Positions 48,456 to 59,043 are shown, counted from the first letter of the stretch. The stretch is DNA of 64,000 nt from Chloroflexota bacterium (GCA_963662335.2 CAXXVD010000002.1:448001-512000), one strand, 5' to 3'. Made by a program: numbers and translations. The notes: a model not told the origin generated them from the sequence alone.

Positions 48456-48595
48456 CAGGTGTTTACGAGCGCCGCCGCTCCGCGCGGTCACGCTTGGGTG
48501 AGCGAGATTCTGCTACACTGAGAACACTTGCCTTGGCAGCGCCATCGCTTGATTCTCTGGATAGAGACTGCCACTGTGGAGTACTCATAGGAATC

Positions 48596-50350
48596 ATGAG
48601 ACGTTCAATCCTACTCTGCGAAACCCTGCGTGACGATCCCGCGGAAGCGGACGTGCCCAACCACAAGCTGTTGGCGCGCGGCTGCTATATTCGCCAGCTT
48701 GCCTCCGGCATCTATAGCCTGCTGCCGCTGGGCGCGCGGGTGGCGGCCAAGATCGAGCGGGTCTTGCGCGCGGAGATGGACGCCATCGGCGGGCAGGAAC
48801 TCATCATGCCGGTGGTGCAGCCGGCCGAGATTTGGCAGCAGTCGCGCCGCTGGTACGACATTGGCGACGACCTGGTGCGGCTGAAAGACCGCGCCGACCA
48901 CGACCTGGTGCTGGCGATGACCCATGAGGAAGTCATCACCAGTCTCATCGGCTACAACGTCCACTCCTACCGCCAATTGCCGGTGATGCTCTACCAAATC
49001 CAGACCAAATTCCGGGATGAGCCGCGTCCGCGCGCGGGCGCAATCCGGCTGCGCGAGTTCACCATGAAGGACGCCTACAGCGCCCACGTCTCGCAAGAGG
49101 ACCTGGACCGCTACTACCCGGCGGTCTACCAGGCCTACTTCAACATCTTCCGCCGCTGCGGGCTGGACGTGATGTCGGTAGATTCCGACGTGGGCATGAT
49201 GGGCGGCACCATGGCGCATGAGTTCATGTCGCTAACGCCGGTGGGCGAGGACACGCTGGCGCTCTGCGACGCCTGCGGCCTGAGCGCCAACCGGCAGATC
49301 GCGACGTTTCGCAAGGACGTCGTGGACGGCGGCGCGCCGCTGCCGCTGGCAGAGGTGGCCACGCCGGACACCAAGACCATTGCCGCATTGGCGGACCTGC
49401 TGGACATTCCCGAGACGAGCACCGCGAAAGCCGCCTTCTTCATGGGCGATAGCGGCCTGATCTTCGCGGTGGTGCGCGGCGACATGGAGGTGAACGAGAC
49501 CAAGCTGGTGAACGCCACAAAGACCACGGCGCTGCGGCCCGCTACCGAAGGCGAATTGCGCGAACACGGCATTGTGGCGGGCTATGCCTCGCCGATTGGC
49601 GTGACCGGCGTGCAGGTGGTGGTGGACGACCTGGCGGCGGAGTCGGCCAATCTGGTGGCCGGCGCGAACCGGGAAGGCTACCACCTGCGCAACGTGAACT
49701 ATGGGCGCGACTTTTCCGCGGACGTGGTGGCGGACATTGCCAGCGCGTACGACGGCGCGCCCTGTCCCCGCTGCGGCGGGCCGCTGCGCCTGGAGCGCGC
49801 GATCGAGGTGGGCAACATCTTCAAGCTGGGCACGAAATACGCGGCGGCGCTCAAAGCCCAGTACCGCGATGAGGCCGGGCAGCAACATCCCATGGTGATG
49901 GGCTGCTACGGCATCGGCGTGGAACGGCTGATGGCGGCGATCGTGGAGGCCAGCCACGATGAGCGCGGCATCATCTGGCCGGTTGCGGTCGCGCCGTATG
50001 ACGTCTACCTGGTCGTCTTGAACCAGAACGACGAAGCCGTAATGCACGCCGCCGAGCAACTCTACGCCGACCTGGGCGCGGCCGGTATCACCGTGCTCTT
50101 CGACGACCGCAACGAAAGCCCCGGCGTGAAGTTTACCGACGCGGATCTCTTGGGCATGCCGCTGCGCCTGACCGTCAGCCGCCGCACATTGAAGAACGAG
50201 GCGGTGGAATTGAAACACCGCACGGACAAAGACTTTACGCTGGTGCCGCTGGCCGAGGCTGTGGCGCGGGCGCAAGCGCAGATTGCGGCCTTGCAGGCGG
50301 CCATCGACGCGACGGTAGTGGCGGAAGCATTTCCGGCGCCCGCCGGCTAG
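48596..50350 (+). CDS. proS: Proline--tRNA ligase
   Basis: MTHEE, YQIQTKFRDEPRPR, REFTMKDAYS, IEVGNIFKLG, MGCYGIG. Confidence 0.97.
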   Translation: MRRSILLCETLRDDPAEADVPNHKLLARGCYIRQLASGIYSLLPLGARVAAKIERVLRAEMDAIGGQELIMPVVQPAEIWQQSRRWYDIGDDLVRLKDRADHDLVLAMTHEEVITSLIGYNVHSYRQLPVMLYQIQTKFRDEPRPRAGAIRLREFTMKDAYSAHVSQEDLDRYYPAVYQAYFNIFRRCGLDVMSVDSDVGMMGGTMAHEFMSLTPVGEDTLALCDACGLSANRQIATFRKDVVDGGAPLPLAEVATPDTKTIAALADLLDIPETSTAKAAFFMGDSGLIFAVVRGDMEVNETKLVNATKTTALRPATEGELREHGIVAGYASPIGVTGVQVVVDDLAAESANLVAGANREGYHLRNVNYGRDFSADVVADIASAYDGAPCPRCGGPLRLERAIEVGNIFKLGTKYAAALKAQYRDEAGQQHPMVMGCYGIGVERLMAAIVEASHDERGIIWPVAVAPYDVYLVVLNQNDEAVMHAAEQLYADLGAAGITVLFDDRNESPGVKFTDADLLGMPLRLTVSRRTLKNEAVELKHRTDKDFTLVPLAEAVARAQAQIAALQAAIDATVVAEAFPAPAG

Positions 50351-50510
50351 TTTCCCTGAACTCCCGGCGCCAAGCCGTAGCGCGGGGGCTTGTCCCCCGC
50401 TCCTTCGTGCGCAACGCACACATCACTTCTGGCACAGGCCCAAGCCGTAGCGCGGGGGCTTGTCCCCCGCTTCTTTGCGCGGTGCATACGCTTCCTCTCT
50501 GGCACGGCGC

Positions 50511-51428
50511 TTAGGTGAACGAACGCGGGGAGTGCACCTCCAGTTCGATGCGCAAATCGAGCGTCCAGCGCGCTTGGTTGAGATAGGCGGCAAAGTCCAT
50601 TGGCCGGAAGCCGAGCGTCTGTTCCATTGTTTCCACGTTCGCCGTGAAGCCTGCTTGCCAGAGCCAGTCGTAGTACGCCGCGTAGTCCGCGCCCATGCTC
50701 TCGGCAACCCACTCCGGCGGCAGGGGATAGAAATCCACCGTACGGCCAATGGCGACACCGATCGCTGCGGCAATACCCTCCCACGTGAGCGCATCGCCGG
50801 CGAGGTCGAGGGTCTTGCCGGCCCAGACCTCCGGTTCGCTCAGAATCGTAGCGGCGGCGCGGCCTATGTCGTCCACGGCCACCAGTTGGGTGGCGATATG
50901 CGGCGGCATGGGCGCGTGCAGCCGTCCCGCCAGCAGATTGCCCGCCAGCGCGCCGGCGCCAAAGTTGTCCATGAAGAAGACCGGCCGCAAGATTGTCCAG
51001 GCAAGGCCGCTGGCTTGCAGATACGCTTCCGCGCGCTGTTTCTGCGCGTAGTGGGGCACGTGCGCCAGGTCTGCCGCGCGCTGCACCGAAGAATAGACGA
51101 CGTGCTCTACGCCTGCGTTCCCCGCCGCGTCGATGCACGTTTCAAGCTGCCGCCACTCCGTTTCCGGTCCGGCCGGCTGTGTGGGAGACGCGGCATAGGG
51201 CGTGCCCATGAGAAAGAGGGAGTCTACGCCCTGGCAGGCGCGCCGCATTTCCTGGTGCGCGGTCATGTCGCCGACGACCACCTGCGCTCCGGCTTCGATG
51301 AGCGTTTCGGCGCGGGCAAAGTCGCGGGTTAGGGCGCGCACGGTGTGTCCCGCCGCCAATAGCGCCCTAGCCACCGCGCCGCCTTGCTGGCCGGTAGCGC
51401 CGGTCACGAGCGTCACCGCTTTGGACAT
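50511..51428 (-). CDS. NmrA family NAD(P)-binding protein
   Basis: VTGATGQQGG, HVVYSSV, VPHY..K, TILRPVFFMDN. Confidence 0.9.
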   Translation of the reverse strand: MSKAVTLVTGATGQQGGAVARALLAAGHTVRALTRDFARAETLIEAGAQVVVGDMTAHQEMRRACQGVDSLFLMGTPYAASPTQPAGPETEWRQLETCIDAAGNAGVEHVVYSSVQRAADLAHVPHYAQKQRAEAYLQASGLAWTILRPVFFMDNFGAGALAGNLLAGRLHAPMPPHIATQLVAVDDIGRAAATILSEPEVWAGKTLDLAGDALTWEGIAAAIGVAIGRTVDFYPLPPEWVAESMGADYAAYYDWLWQAGFTANVETMEQTLGFRPMDFAAYLNQARWTLDLRIELEVHSPRSFT

Positions 51429-51511
51429 TGGGAGCAACCCCCCTTCTCTGCGCCTGTGCGCTCGTGAATGGTACCACGCCCGGTGGTATAGTGGTGATGG
51501 GAGGGATTGCA

Positions 51512-51952
51512 ATGGAAGTCTACCGGCAGACGAGCGCGGACGAGCACGCGGCGCTCAGCCGCCGGTTCGCGCCTCAGGCGCAAGAAGAATTCGATAACGG
51601 CGATCCGCTGCAGGCTTCCGAGAAGGCCTGGGGCGCGGCGGCGCACGCGGTGAAGGCCGTGGCCGCGGCCCGCGGCTGGAACCACAACACGCACCGGCTG
51701 CTGTCCGACGTGGTAGACCAAGTGTCTCGAGATACGGGCAATCTTGCGTTGGGCGCGTGGTTCCGAGAGGCCAACTCCTTGCACCAGAACTTCTATGAGA
51801 ACTGGCAGCCGGACTTTTCGGTGCAAGAAGGCATCAAGGCGGTGAAGCGGTTTGTGGACCTGCTGGAAGACATTCGCAGCCGGCCCGCGCCGCCGTCGGT
51901 TGTAATCGACCCCAGGCAGTGGGATCGGCTTACGCGCGCGCCAGCGGAATAG
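51512..51952 (+). CDS. PaREP1 family (HEPN-like) protein
   Basis: GDPLQASEKAWGAAAHAVKAVA..RGW and ANSLHQNFYE signature. Confidence 0.85.
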   Translation: MEVYRQTSADEHAALSRRFAPQAQEEFDNGDPLQASEKAWGAAAHAVKAVAAARGWNHNTHRLLSDVVDQVSRDTGNLALGAWFREANSLHQNFYENWQPDFSVQEGIKAVKRFVDLLEDIRSRPAPPSVVIDPRQWDRLTRAPAE

Positions 51953-52002
51953 CCTAGTTCGCGATAAAGGCGCGGGCGAGTCTGGGTGAAGGGGAAAGTG
52001 GG

Positions 52003-52059
52003 ATGGAGAAATACAGACACGCGCGGGTGGACGAGCACGCGGCCCTCAGCCGCCATCTA
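52003..52059 (+). pseudogene. 5' fragment of a second PaREP1 paralog interrupted by IS
   Basis: MEKYRHARVDEHAALSRH versus MEVYRQTSADEHAALSRR; it ends at the IS insertion. Confidence 0.65.
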
Positions 52060-52875
52060 GGGTCTGTTTATACTAAGCGCAAAGCATCGACGATGATGGC
52101 AAAGACAATGAAGGCGGCGTAGATGCTGTCGAGTTTGTCGTAGCGGGTATAGATCTTGCGGAACCGTTTGAGCCTGCCGATGAAGCGTTCCACCTCGTTG
52201 CGTCTCTTGTATACCTCCTTGTTGTAGGCCCACGGCTCTCTGCGGTTCCGTTTCGGCGGCACGACCGGTTCATACCCCAGACGCCGTGCCAGCGCTCTGG
52301 TGGTCTCCCCTTCATAGGCGCGGTCCATCGCCAGATAGGGTGTGCCTGCCTGTGTGCCCACCGCGCGCAGCAACTTCTCCCCTTCCGGGGCGTCGTGCGC
52401 CTGCCCAGGCGAGAGGCAGAACTGTACCGGACTACGCTCGTCGACAACCAGCACGTGGCTCTTGGTGGTCACTCCCCCGCGCGAGCGGCCAATGGCCTGG
52501 GGTCCGTCTTTTCCGCGCCCCAGTGCCCTGTGGGTGCACCGTGACCGTGGTGCTGTCCAGGGCGGCCACGACCACCTCGGTGCGGAGCACTCCCTGCTCA
52601 CGCAAGGCCGCCAGCACACGATCCAACACCCCAGTCCGCGCCCAGCGGCTCAGCCGTGCGTAGATGGTGCTCCACTTGCCGTAGTGGGGCGGCAAGGCAC
52701 GCCACTTGCAGCCGTTCTCCGCCATGTAGAGCACGGCATTGAGCGCCTGCACGTTGGATACCCTGACGTTCCCGCGCGGCACCGGAAACAGATGTGCGAT
52801 ATGCTCGTACTGCGCTTGTGTGATTCCACAATGCCACTAGAATACCACAGTAATCTGCTTAGTTTAGACATGCCC
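52060..52875 (-). mobile_element. IS5-family element (IS427-like, two-ORF transposase), probably inactive
   Basis: IRs GGGTCTGTTTATACTAAGC / GCTTAGTTTAGACATGCCC, inserted in CTAG with TA duplicated. OrfA ENGCKWRALP..GKWSTIY; OrfB GRSRGG.TTK, DRAY, YKRRNEVER, TRYDKL. Confidence 0.88.
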
Positions 52876-52907
52876 TAGTTTCGCGGCCCTTCGGCTGGCA
52901 CTCTGTA

Positions 52908-53564
52908 TCAAGACGAGAAGAACAGGCGCGCGCCGTGCCAGATGAAGTAGAACCCAAAGAGCGCCAGCAGGACGCCGAAGAGGTAGAGGGCCCAGCGGTA
53001 CACCCGGTCCGTGATGAAGCGCCGGCCGGTGGCAAAGACGATGGCGACGAGCGTGAACCAGGCGAAGTCACTGGCCACGTGGCCGATGGTGAACGCGGTG
53101 AGACCGAGCGCGCCGCGCGGCAACGCCAGCGTGGTAATCGTGGAAATGCCGACGGTGGCCCACCAGAACGACCAGTAGGGATTCGCCAGGCTGAGCACGG
53201 CGCCGCCGAGCATGGGGTTGCCCGCGTGGCGGCCGGAAATAGACTCGGTGAGCGTAGCGCCTTCCCGCCGCACGCCGCTGACGATCTTCCAGCCCATCCA
53301 CAGCATCACCAGGCCGCCAACCACGCCGATTGCGGCCAGCACCGGGTCCCATTGCAGGACGCGGGCGAGACCCAGCCACAAGAGCACGACCAGCGCGACT
53401 TCCAGCAGCCCGTGCCCCAGCGAGGCGAGCGGGCCGGCCAACACGCCGTGGCGGGCGCTCTGGCTCATGACGAAGATCGTTAGCGGCCCGGGCGACATCG
53501 CGCCGGAGAGGCCGATTGAGAATGAGGCGGCAAAGACGAGAAGGAACGATTCGAGGGCTGCCAT
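52908..53564 (-). CDS. LysE family translocator
   Basis: SGAMSPGPL, GHGLLE, SLANPYW..WW. Confidence 0.9.
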   Translation of the reverse strand: MAALESFLLVFAASFSIGLSGAMSPGPLTIFVMSQSARHGVLAGPLASLGHGLLEVALVVLLWLGLARVLQWDPVLAAIGVVGGLVMLWMGWKIVSGVRREGATLTESISGRHAGNPMLGGAVLSLANPYWSFWWATVGISTITTLALPRGALGLTAFTIGHVASDFAWFTLVAIVFATGRRFITDRVYRWALYLFGVLLALFGFYFIWHGARLFFSS

Positions 53565-53633
53565 TGGCGTTGGGGTTGGGATGTGTGGACGCGGGCTTGC
53601 CTTCTTTGTGGACCGTTAGCCGGAGACGCGGGC

Positions 53634-54389
53634 CTAGTCCATGATCATGCCGCCGTTGATCGCCAGCGTGTGGCCGGTAATGAAAGCGGAGGCGTCACTG
53701 ACAAGATAGAGCGCGCCGTAGGCGATTTCCTCCGGTTTGCCCAGGCGCGCCAGCGGCGTGCGGTCGAGCACTGTGCGCAGGCGGTCTGCCGGAATGCGGC
53801 TCATGCCGGTGTCGATCTGGCCGGGCGCGATGTTGTTGGCGCGGCCCCAGGGCGCCATCTGGCGTGCCAGCGCCTTGGTGAAGGCGATCATGCCGCCTTT
53901 GGAGGCGGCGTAGTGCACGCGGGCGCTCTGGCCGCCGTTCTGGCCGCTGATGCTCGCCATGTTGACGATGCTGCCCCGCCGCCGCCGCTCCATGTGCGGA
54001 AAGACGGCCTTGCTGCACAAGAAGGCGCTGCGCAGGTTGTTGCCGAGCAGGTCGTCCCAATCCGCGGCGGAGGTCTCGCCCATGGCGCCGTGCCGGCCGG
54101 ATTCGCCGGCGTTGTTCACCAGCGCGTCCACCGCGCCAAACGCCGCCAACGCGCGCTCCACCAGCATCTCGGCGTCTTCCGGCACGTTCACGTCGGCGCG
54201 CACGGCCAGCGCCGTGCCGCCGGCGCTGGCGATTTCCTGCGCCAACGCGGCGATGGCGCTCTCGGTGCGCGCCGCGGCTACCACGTTCGCGCCCGCCGCC
54301 GCGAGCACATCCGCCGTGGTGCGCCCAATACCCCGGCTCGCGCCGGTGACGATGACGGTGCGGCCCGTGAGGTCGAATGCGTCGAGCAT
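53634..54389 (-). CDS. SDR family oxidoreductase (FabG-like)
   Basis: TGASRGIG, NNAG, YAASKGG, ITGHTLAINGG. Confidence 0.92.
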   Translation of the reverse strand: MLDAFDLTGRTVIVTGASRGIGRTTADVLAAAGANVVAAARTESAIAALAQEIASAGGTALAVRADVNVPEDAEMLVERALAAFGAVDALVNNAGESGRHGAMGETSAADWDDLLGNNLRSAFLCSKAVFPHMERRRRGSIVNMASISGQNGGQSARVHYAASKGGMIAFTKALARQMAPWGRANNIAPGQIDTGMSRIPADRLRTVLDRTPLARLGKPEEIAYGALYLVSDASAFITGHTLAINGGMIMD

Positions 54390-54578
54390 GAAGAATGCCT
54401 CTCTTGCTGTGTCTTGGATTGCGCTGATCTTGCTAGGAGTTTCTCACAGAACAAACACGACCAGTCGCTGAACAGTGCCCGTAGTCGAGAAGCGCGTAGA
54501 CTACCGTCCGCATTGTGCAGGGAGATTGCGCATGACCCCCAAGTGTCTAGCACTCGAAATTAAGGCTACGGCCCGCTT

Positions 54579-54926
54579 CTATGGTTCAACGATCACTCGC
54601 TGCCCGTGGTCGAGTGTGATCTTGAATTGGTCGGCTACTGCGCGGCCAAGTATTGGCTCGTTGCCTAGAGCTATCACTATCGTGGTCACGGGTGGTAGCG
54701 AGCCAACTTGCACGGTTGCAAGATATGCGGGAGCGTCCACCCGGGAACCATCGGCCAATTCAAAGGCGATGCTCCACTTGAGGGATCGCCCGTAGGCAAC
54801 GGTGCTTGCGGATACCGCCAAACCGGCATCGCACCCAGTGTCGAGGAGAGCTTCCAACTCGGTCTTGCGGCCCTGAAGTGAGAGACTAACAGGGAGGTAG
54901 GGATAGCGATCGCTTTCGACACGCAC
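54579..54926 (-). CDS. Clan AA (retropepsin-like) aspartic protease
   Basis: ALLDTG, LADGS, PILGR motifs in a 115-aa protein. Confidence 0.85.
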   Translation of the reverse strand: MRVESDRYPYLPVSLSLQGRKTELEALLDTGCDAGLAVSASTVAYGRSLKWSIAFELADGSRVDAPAYLATVQVGSLPPVTTIVIALGNEPILGRAVADQFKITLDHGQRVIVEP

Positions 54927-54941
54927 GGCTGTAGCGCCTCG

Positions 54942-55196
54942 TCATCTCCACTTCATGGCACAGCGGTCGGCGGTGAGCCTGAACACGAAACTGCCCGGGC
55001 CAAGCTGTTTCAATGACTCGTCGAGGACTTGCTGCAGTGTAGGCGCAAGTACAACCTTCCCCTGAGTAGAGATCGCTATGAATTCGCCATGGTGTTTCGC
55101 TTCAAGCGGCTTGCCGTAGCGCTCATAGAGGTCTTCAGCCTGCTGGCTAAATCTATGTTTGGTGGATTTGCGCGTACTCTGGGCATCAACTGCCAT
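54942..55196 (-). CDS. Small DUF5678-like protein
   Basis: LEAKHHGEFIAISTQGKVVLAPT pattern, directly upstream of the protease; RBS GGGAG. Confidence 0.65.
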   Translation of the reverse strand: MAVDAQSTRKSTKHRFSQQAEDLYERYGKPLEAKHHGEFIAISTQGKVVLAPTLQQVLDESLKQLGPGSFVFRLTADRCAMKWR

Positions 55197-55351
55197 TGCG
55201 TCTATCTCCCTTTACTTCACCGGTGGCTGTGTCCCATTGCCACCGCACTGGTGTTGAAGTCGGTCGTGCACTCAGCGTGCTCGACGACACTGCTCAAACT
55301 GCTGCCGGGGCATAGCGGTATTCTATATCTCTTGCTCCGATTTGTCCCGCA

Positions 55352-56653
55352 TCAGGAGGCCGCGACCGCCGCGCCGTTGCGCGTCGCCTGGGTGAACATC
55401 CCCTGCGCGTCGAACGAAATCTCTTCCGGCTCGCTCACCGGGCGCACGCGCCCGGTGGCTTCCATCTGCGGCAGCAGCGGCTCCGAGACCCAGAGGTCTT
55501 CCAGGCGCTTGGTATCCTGGATGCGCATGATGCGCGCCGTCTCGTTCTCGGTCTGCAGGCAGCAGGCCAGCGCCACGTAGAGCGCCTCCCGGTCGTTGGC
55601 GACCGTGAGCGGAATGCGCGCGCCTTCCGGCCCCTTGGCGGTGATGGTGTTCATGTAAGTCTGCACCGGGTCCAGCTTATCCACGACCTGTTGCAGCACC
55701 ACGTCGCCCAGGCCGATGCCGCAGGCGTTGCCCTCCGTATCCTTGGTCAAGTCGCGCATGACGAGACGCTGGATGCGCGGCGGCTGGGGCAGCGGGCCGC
55801 TCCAGTAGCGGTTGACCACGTTGGTATCCGCGCCGATGCCGCTGATGTCCTTGCCGAACTGATCGACGATGAGCACGTCGATCTCCTCGCCGGGCAGGCG
55901 CGCCATGCGCTCGCGGGCGACCTTGAGCAACTCCTGCTCTTCTTCCAAAATGCGGTCGGCCGGCACGGCCTGGATTAGCGAGAGGCGGGAGTGGCCGTCC
56001 TCTACCAGCGCCAAGCCGAAGGGAATCGGCACGTTTTGCAGCGTAAACTGGCCCACCGCCGGAATGAGCGTGGGAAATTCGGCGAAACTGCGGCCATGGA
56101 ACGTGTCGGCCCCCTTTTGCTTGCCCAGGCCGATGGCGAGCAACTTCATCAGGCCGGATTCGATGTGCCCGTGAAAGTCGGTGTGGGGCTTGACGCGGTT
56201 GATGGGGATGGTTACGTCGGCCTCTTCATAGGCCGTCTTGTCGAACCAGACCGGCACGCCGCCTTCCACGTGGCCGAGCAGCACGGTCTCCATGCTGGAG
56301 CGGATGGGGCAGCCCATGGCTTCTTCGGTAACACCGTAGTGGGCGAGCAGTTCGACTTGGCCCTGCGCCGTCGCGCCGCCGTGGCTGCCCATGGCCGGCA
56401 CGATGAACGGCTCCGCGCCAAGCCGTTTGACCTCATGGGCCGCGGCTTTCAGCACCTGGTCGATGCGGTCGATGCCGCGGCTGCCGCCGGTGAGCGCCAC
56501 GCGCTGCCCGGCCTGGATTGTCTGGCCGATTTCGGGACGGGCGAATTCCTGGGCGACGGCGGCCGCCACGTCTTCGATGGTGGCGGTGAAGAGACTCTGC
56601 CGCACCCGCACCCAACGCGGGAGCTTGCCCCGCTCGAATATATCCAGAGACAT
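55352..56653 (-). CDS. Lactate racemase (LarA/DUF2088)-domain protein
   Basis: GSRGI, PAMGSHGGATAQGQ, NRVKPHTDF, ESGLMK..IGLGKQKGA, GKDISG.G.DTNV. Confidence 0.8.
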   Translation of the reverse strand: MSLDIFERGKLPRWVRVRQSLFTATIEDVAAAVAQEFARPEIGQTIQAGQRVALTGGSRGIDRIDQVLKAAAHEVKRLGAEPFIVPAMGSHGGATAQGQVELLAHYGVTEEAMGCPIRSSMETVLLGHVEGGVPVWFDKTAYEEADVTIPINRVKPHTDFHGHIESGLMKLLAIGLGKQKGADTFHGRSFAEFPTLIPAVGQFTLQNVPIPFGLALVEDGHSRLSLIQAVPADRILEEEQELLKVARERMARLPGEEIDVLIVDQFGKDISGIGADTNVVNRYWSGPLPQPPRIQRLVMRDLTKDTEGNACGIGLGDVVLQQVVDKLDPVQTYMNTITAKGPEGARIPLTVANDREALYVALACCLQTENETARIMRIQDTKRLEDLWVSEPLLPQMEATGRVRPVSEPEEISFDAQGMFTQATRNGAAVAAS

Positions 56654-56837
56654 GGTTCTGCTCTCCTTTGCGTTGCGGCGCTGCGCGGCAATCTTGACAA
56701 GCGCCGGCGCGCACGGCTCGTTTCAGCCTCAACTTCTCCTGGTTAATGTACCACTGCCCCGCGCATGCTGTCTGCTTCCTGGCGTTATGCCGCTGCTGAA
56801 CCACGAGTGGGTGGCCCTCGGTGTGTCCTTGCGGCGG

Positions 56838-58553
56838 TCACTCGGCGGGCGGCGGCGTTTCTTCAGCGGATTCTTCAAACGTAATGTCGCCGTGGAAGAG
56901 CCGCTGCGCCGCGCGCACCACCGGGTCCTGGGCGGGGTCTTTGGCGTTGAGGTTCGTGGACGGCGGCTTCTGCGCCAGGGTGCATTCGATGGCGTAGTGG
57001 CGGCCCAGGGTTTGCGCCACGGCTTTTTCCACCAGGATGAGATTGTCCGGCTGGCGCACCTTGTCGCGGTGCCAGGCGTGGGCGAACTCCAGCGTGAGCG
57101 CGCGGTCGTGCACGGCGACCGGCGTGCAATCGCGCAGCACGCCGCGCAGATGGACGTTGGGACGGCGGAAGGAGTCGACCACCGCGTCCCAACGCTGCTG
57201 GATCTCCGCCAGCGGTGTGTCCGCCGCGGCTGGGGGCGCGTCCGCCGGAGAATCCGCAGCTTGCGTTGGTGCGGCCGGGGCGTCGGCGGTAGGATTCGGT
57301 GGCTGCGCGGCGCCGGGACCGGCTGGCGGCGAATCCCCGGCAGGAGCCGCGCTTGGCGAAGGGGCTGCGCTCGCGCCGGCGCCTTGGGCCGCAGGGGCGG
57401 TCGCTGCGCGCGGGGCGCTTGCTGCCGGTGCGGCGGCAGGCGCTGTCGTCGGCGCGGTCGCAACCTCTTCCGCGGCGCAAAACTCCACCAAGGCCAGTTC
57501 CACCGGCAATTGCGGAAAGACCCCCAGCCGCAGCGCCTGTTCGGCTTCCGAGAAGAGCCGGATCGCCTTCACGATCTCGGCCAGCGAGATGCGCCCGGCC
57601 AGGCCGTCCATCAGCGCGGCCTCTTCCTCGCTCATTTCCAGCAAGGCGGCGGCCTCCATGCCGCTCTTGTGGAGCAACGTGCCGCGCAGGTAGCGGATCG
57701 TCTCCCGGGCGAACTGGCGCATGTCCAGCCCCTGGTCGGCGGCCTGTGAGAGGACGCGCAGGCCCTCGCCGGTGTCGCGCCGCGCCAGGGTATTGACGAA
57801 CTCGGCTACAACCGCCGTGTGGGCCAGGCCGAGCATCTCGCGCACCGCGGCCGCGGTCACGCCGCTTTCGGCGTAGATGGTGGCCTGGTCGAAGAGGCTC
57901 ACCGCGTCGCGGGCGCTGCCGCCGGCCATGCGCGCCAGGATGTTCAGCGCCTCCGGTTCGGCGCTCACCTTCTCCGCGTCGGCAATTTCCTGCAAGCGCC
58001 CCACCAGCGCCGTGACGGGAATGCGGCGGAAGTCGAACCGCTGGCAGCGCGACAAGATGGTGGGCAAGACGCGGTGGATTTCCGTGGTCGCCAACACGAA
58101 GACGGCGTGTTCCGGCGGCTCTTCCAGGGTTTTCAGCAGGGCGTTGGAGGCTTCCGGCGTGAGCTGGTGCACCTCGTCGATCAAGTAGAATTTGTAGCGG
58201 CCGTTAACAGGGGCAAAATTGACCCGCTCGCGCAGGTCGCGAATGTCCTCGATGCCGCGGTTGGAGGCGGCGTCCAGTTCCACCAGGTCCAGGAAGCGCC
58301 CGGCCACCACGTCCGCGCAGGCGTCGCACTTGCCGCACGGTTCCGGCTGGACGCCTTGCAGACAGTTAAGCGCCTTGGCCAGGATGCGCGCCAACGAGGT
58401 CTTGCCCGAGCCGCGCGGCCCGGCAAAGATGTAGGCGTGCGCCACCTGCCCCGACGCCAGCGAGTTCTGCAGCGTGCGCACCGTCGGCTCCTGGCCGACC
58501 ACGTCCGCAAACGTCTGCGGCCGCCACTTGTTGTACAACACGACCCGCGACAC
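56838..58553 (-). CDS. dnaX: DNA polymerase III subunit gamma/tau
   Basis: KWRPQTF, GPRGSGKTS, C..C..C zinc site, DAASNRG, IDEVH, ALLKTLEEPP, SRCQ. Confidence 0.97.
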   Translation of the reverse strand: MSRVVLYNKWRPQTFADVVGQEPTVRTLQNSLASGQVAHAYIFAGPRGSGKTSLARILAKALNCLQGVQPEPCGKCDACADVVAGRFLDLVELDAASNRGIEDIRDLRERVNFAPVNGRYKFYLIDEVHQLTPEASNALLKTLEEPPEHAVFVLATTEIHRVLPTILSRCQRFDFRRIPVTALVGRLQEIADAEKVSAEPEALNILARMAGGSARDAVSLFDQATIYAESGVTAAAVREMLGLAHTAVVAEFVNTLARRDTGEGLRVLSQAADQGLDMRQFARETIRYLRGTLLHKSGMEAAALLEMSEEEAALMDGLAGRISLAEIVKAIRLFSEAEQALRLGVFPQLPVELALVEFCAAEEVATAPTTAPAAAPAASAPRAATAPAAQGAGASAAPSPSAAPAGDSPPAGPGAAQPPNPTADAPAAPTQAADSPADAPPAAADTPLAEIQQRWDAVVDSFRRPNVHLRGVLRDCTPVAVHDRALTLEFAHAWHRDKVRQPDNLILVEKAVAQTLGRHYAIECTLAQKPPSTNLNAKDPAQDPVVRAAQRLFHGDITFEESAEETPPPAE

Positions 58554-59043
58554 TGGTAGGGCATCTCCTGGTTTGCGCTAACGCCCGCCGTCTGTCAGCA
58601 GGCGCACGCGGTTGCGGCAAGCGACCGTCACGTCCGGTCAACCGAGACTGCACGCACTCGCTGTGTTGAATTGTACGTCATTCCGAGCGCAGCGAGGAAT
58701 CTGGAGCTTACGATAGCAGGGCTTGATAGTGGTGCGGCAATCAAGAGGCTGCGGGCGGGACAGTGCGTATTTTGGCGCTGCTGGCAATCGGCAACCGGCG
58801 CTGCTGGCGCTGCGGATGAGGAGAATGGTAAGAGCCCCAGAGTCCGTCATTCCCGCGCACGCGGGAATCCATCTGCGCCTCTTTCAGGACAGAGTGACGA
58901 GCGAAGAGCCAACCGCCGGTATTCGCACAAGCGAGCTAAGACGGATCAGCCCGGAGCACGGGCAAGAACGGCGCGCCGGAAACCGCCTGGAACGTCCAGA
59001 TGACGTAGGAACCCGGCAATCCGTGGCAAGGAAAGCGCAAAGA

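Noticed and set aside
56838-58553. Programmed frameshift producing the gamma subunit in dnaX
   Set aside because: No A6G or long A-run slippery site was seen; the Ala/Pro linker is typical of DnaX.
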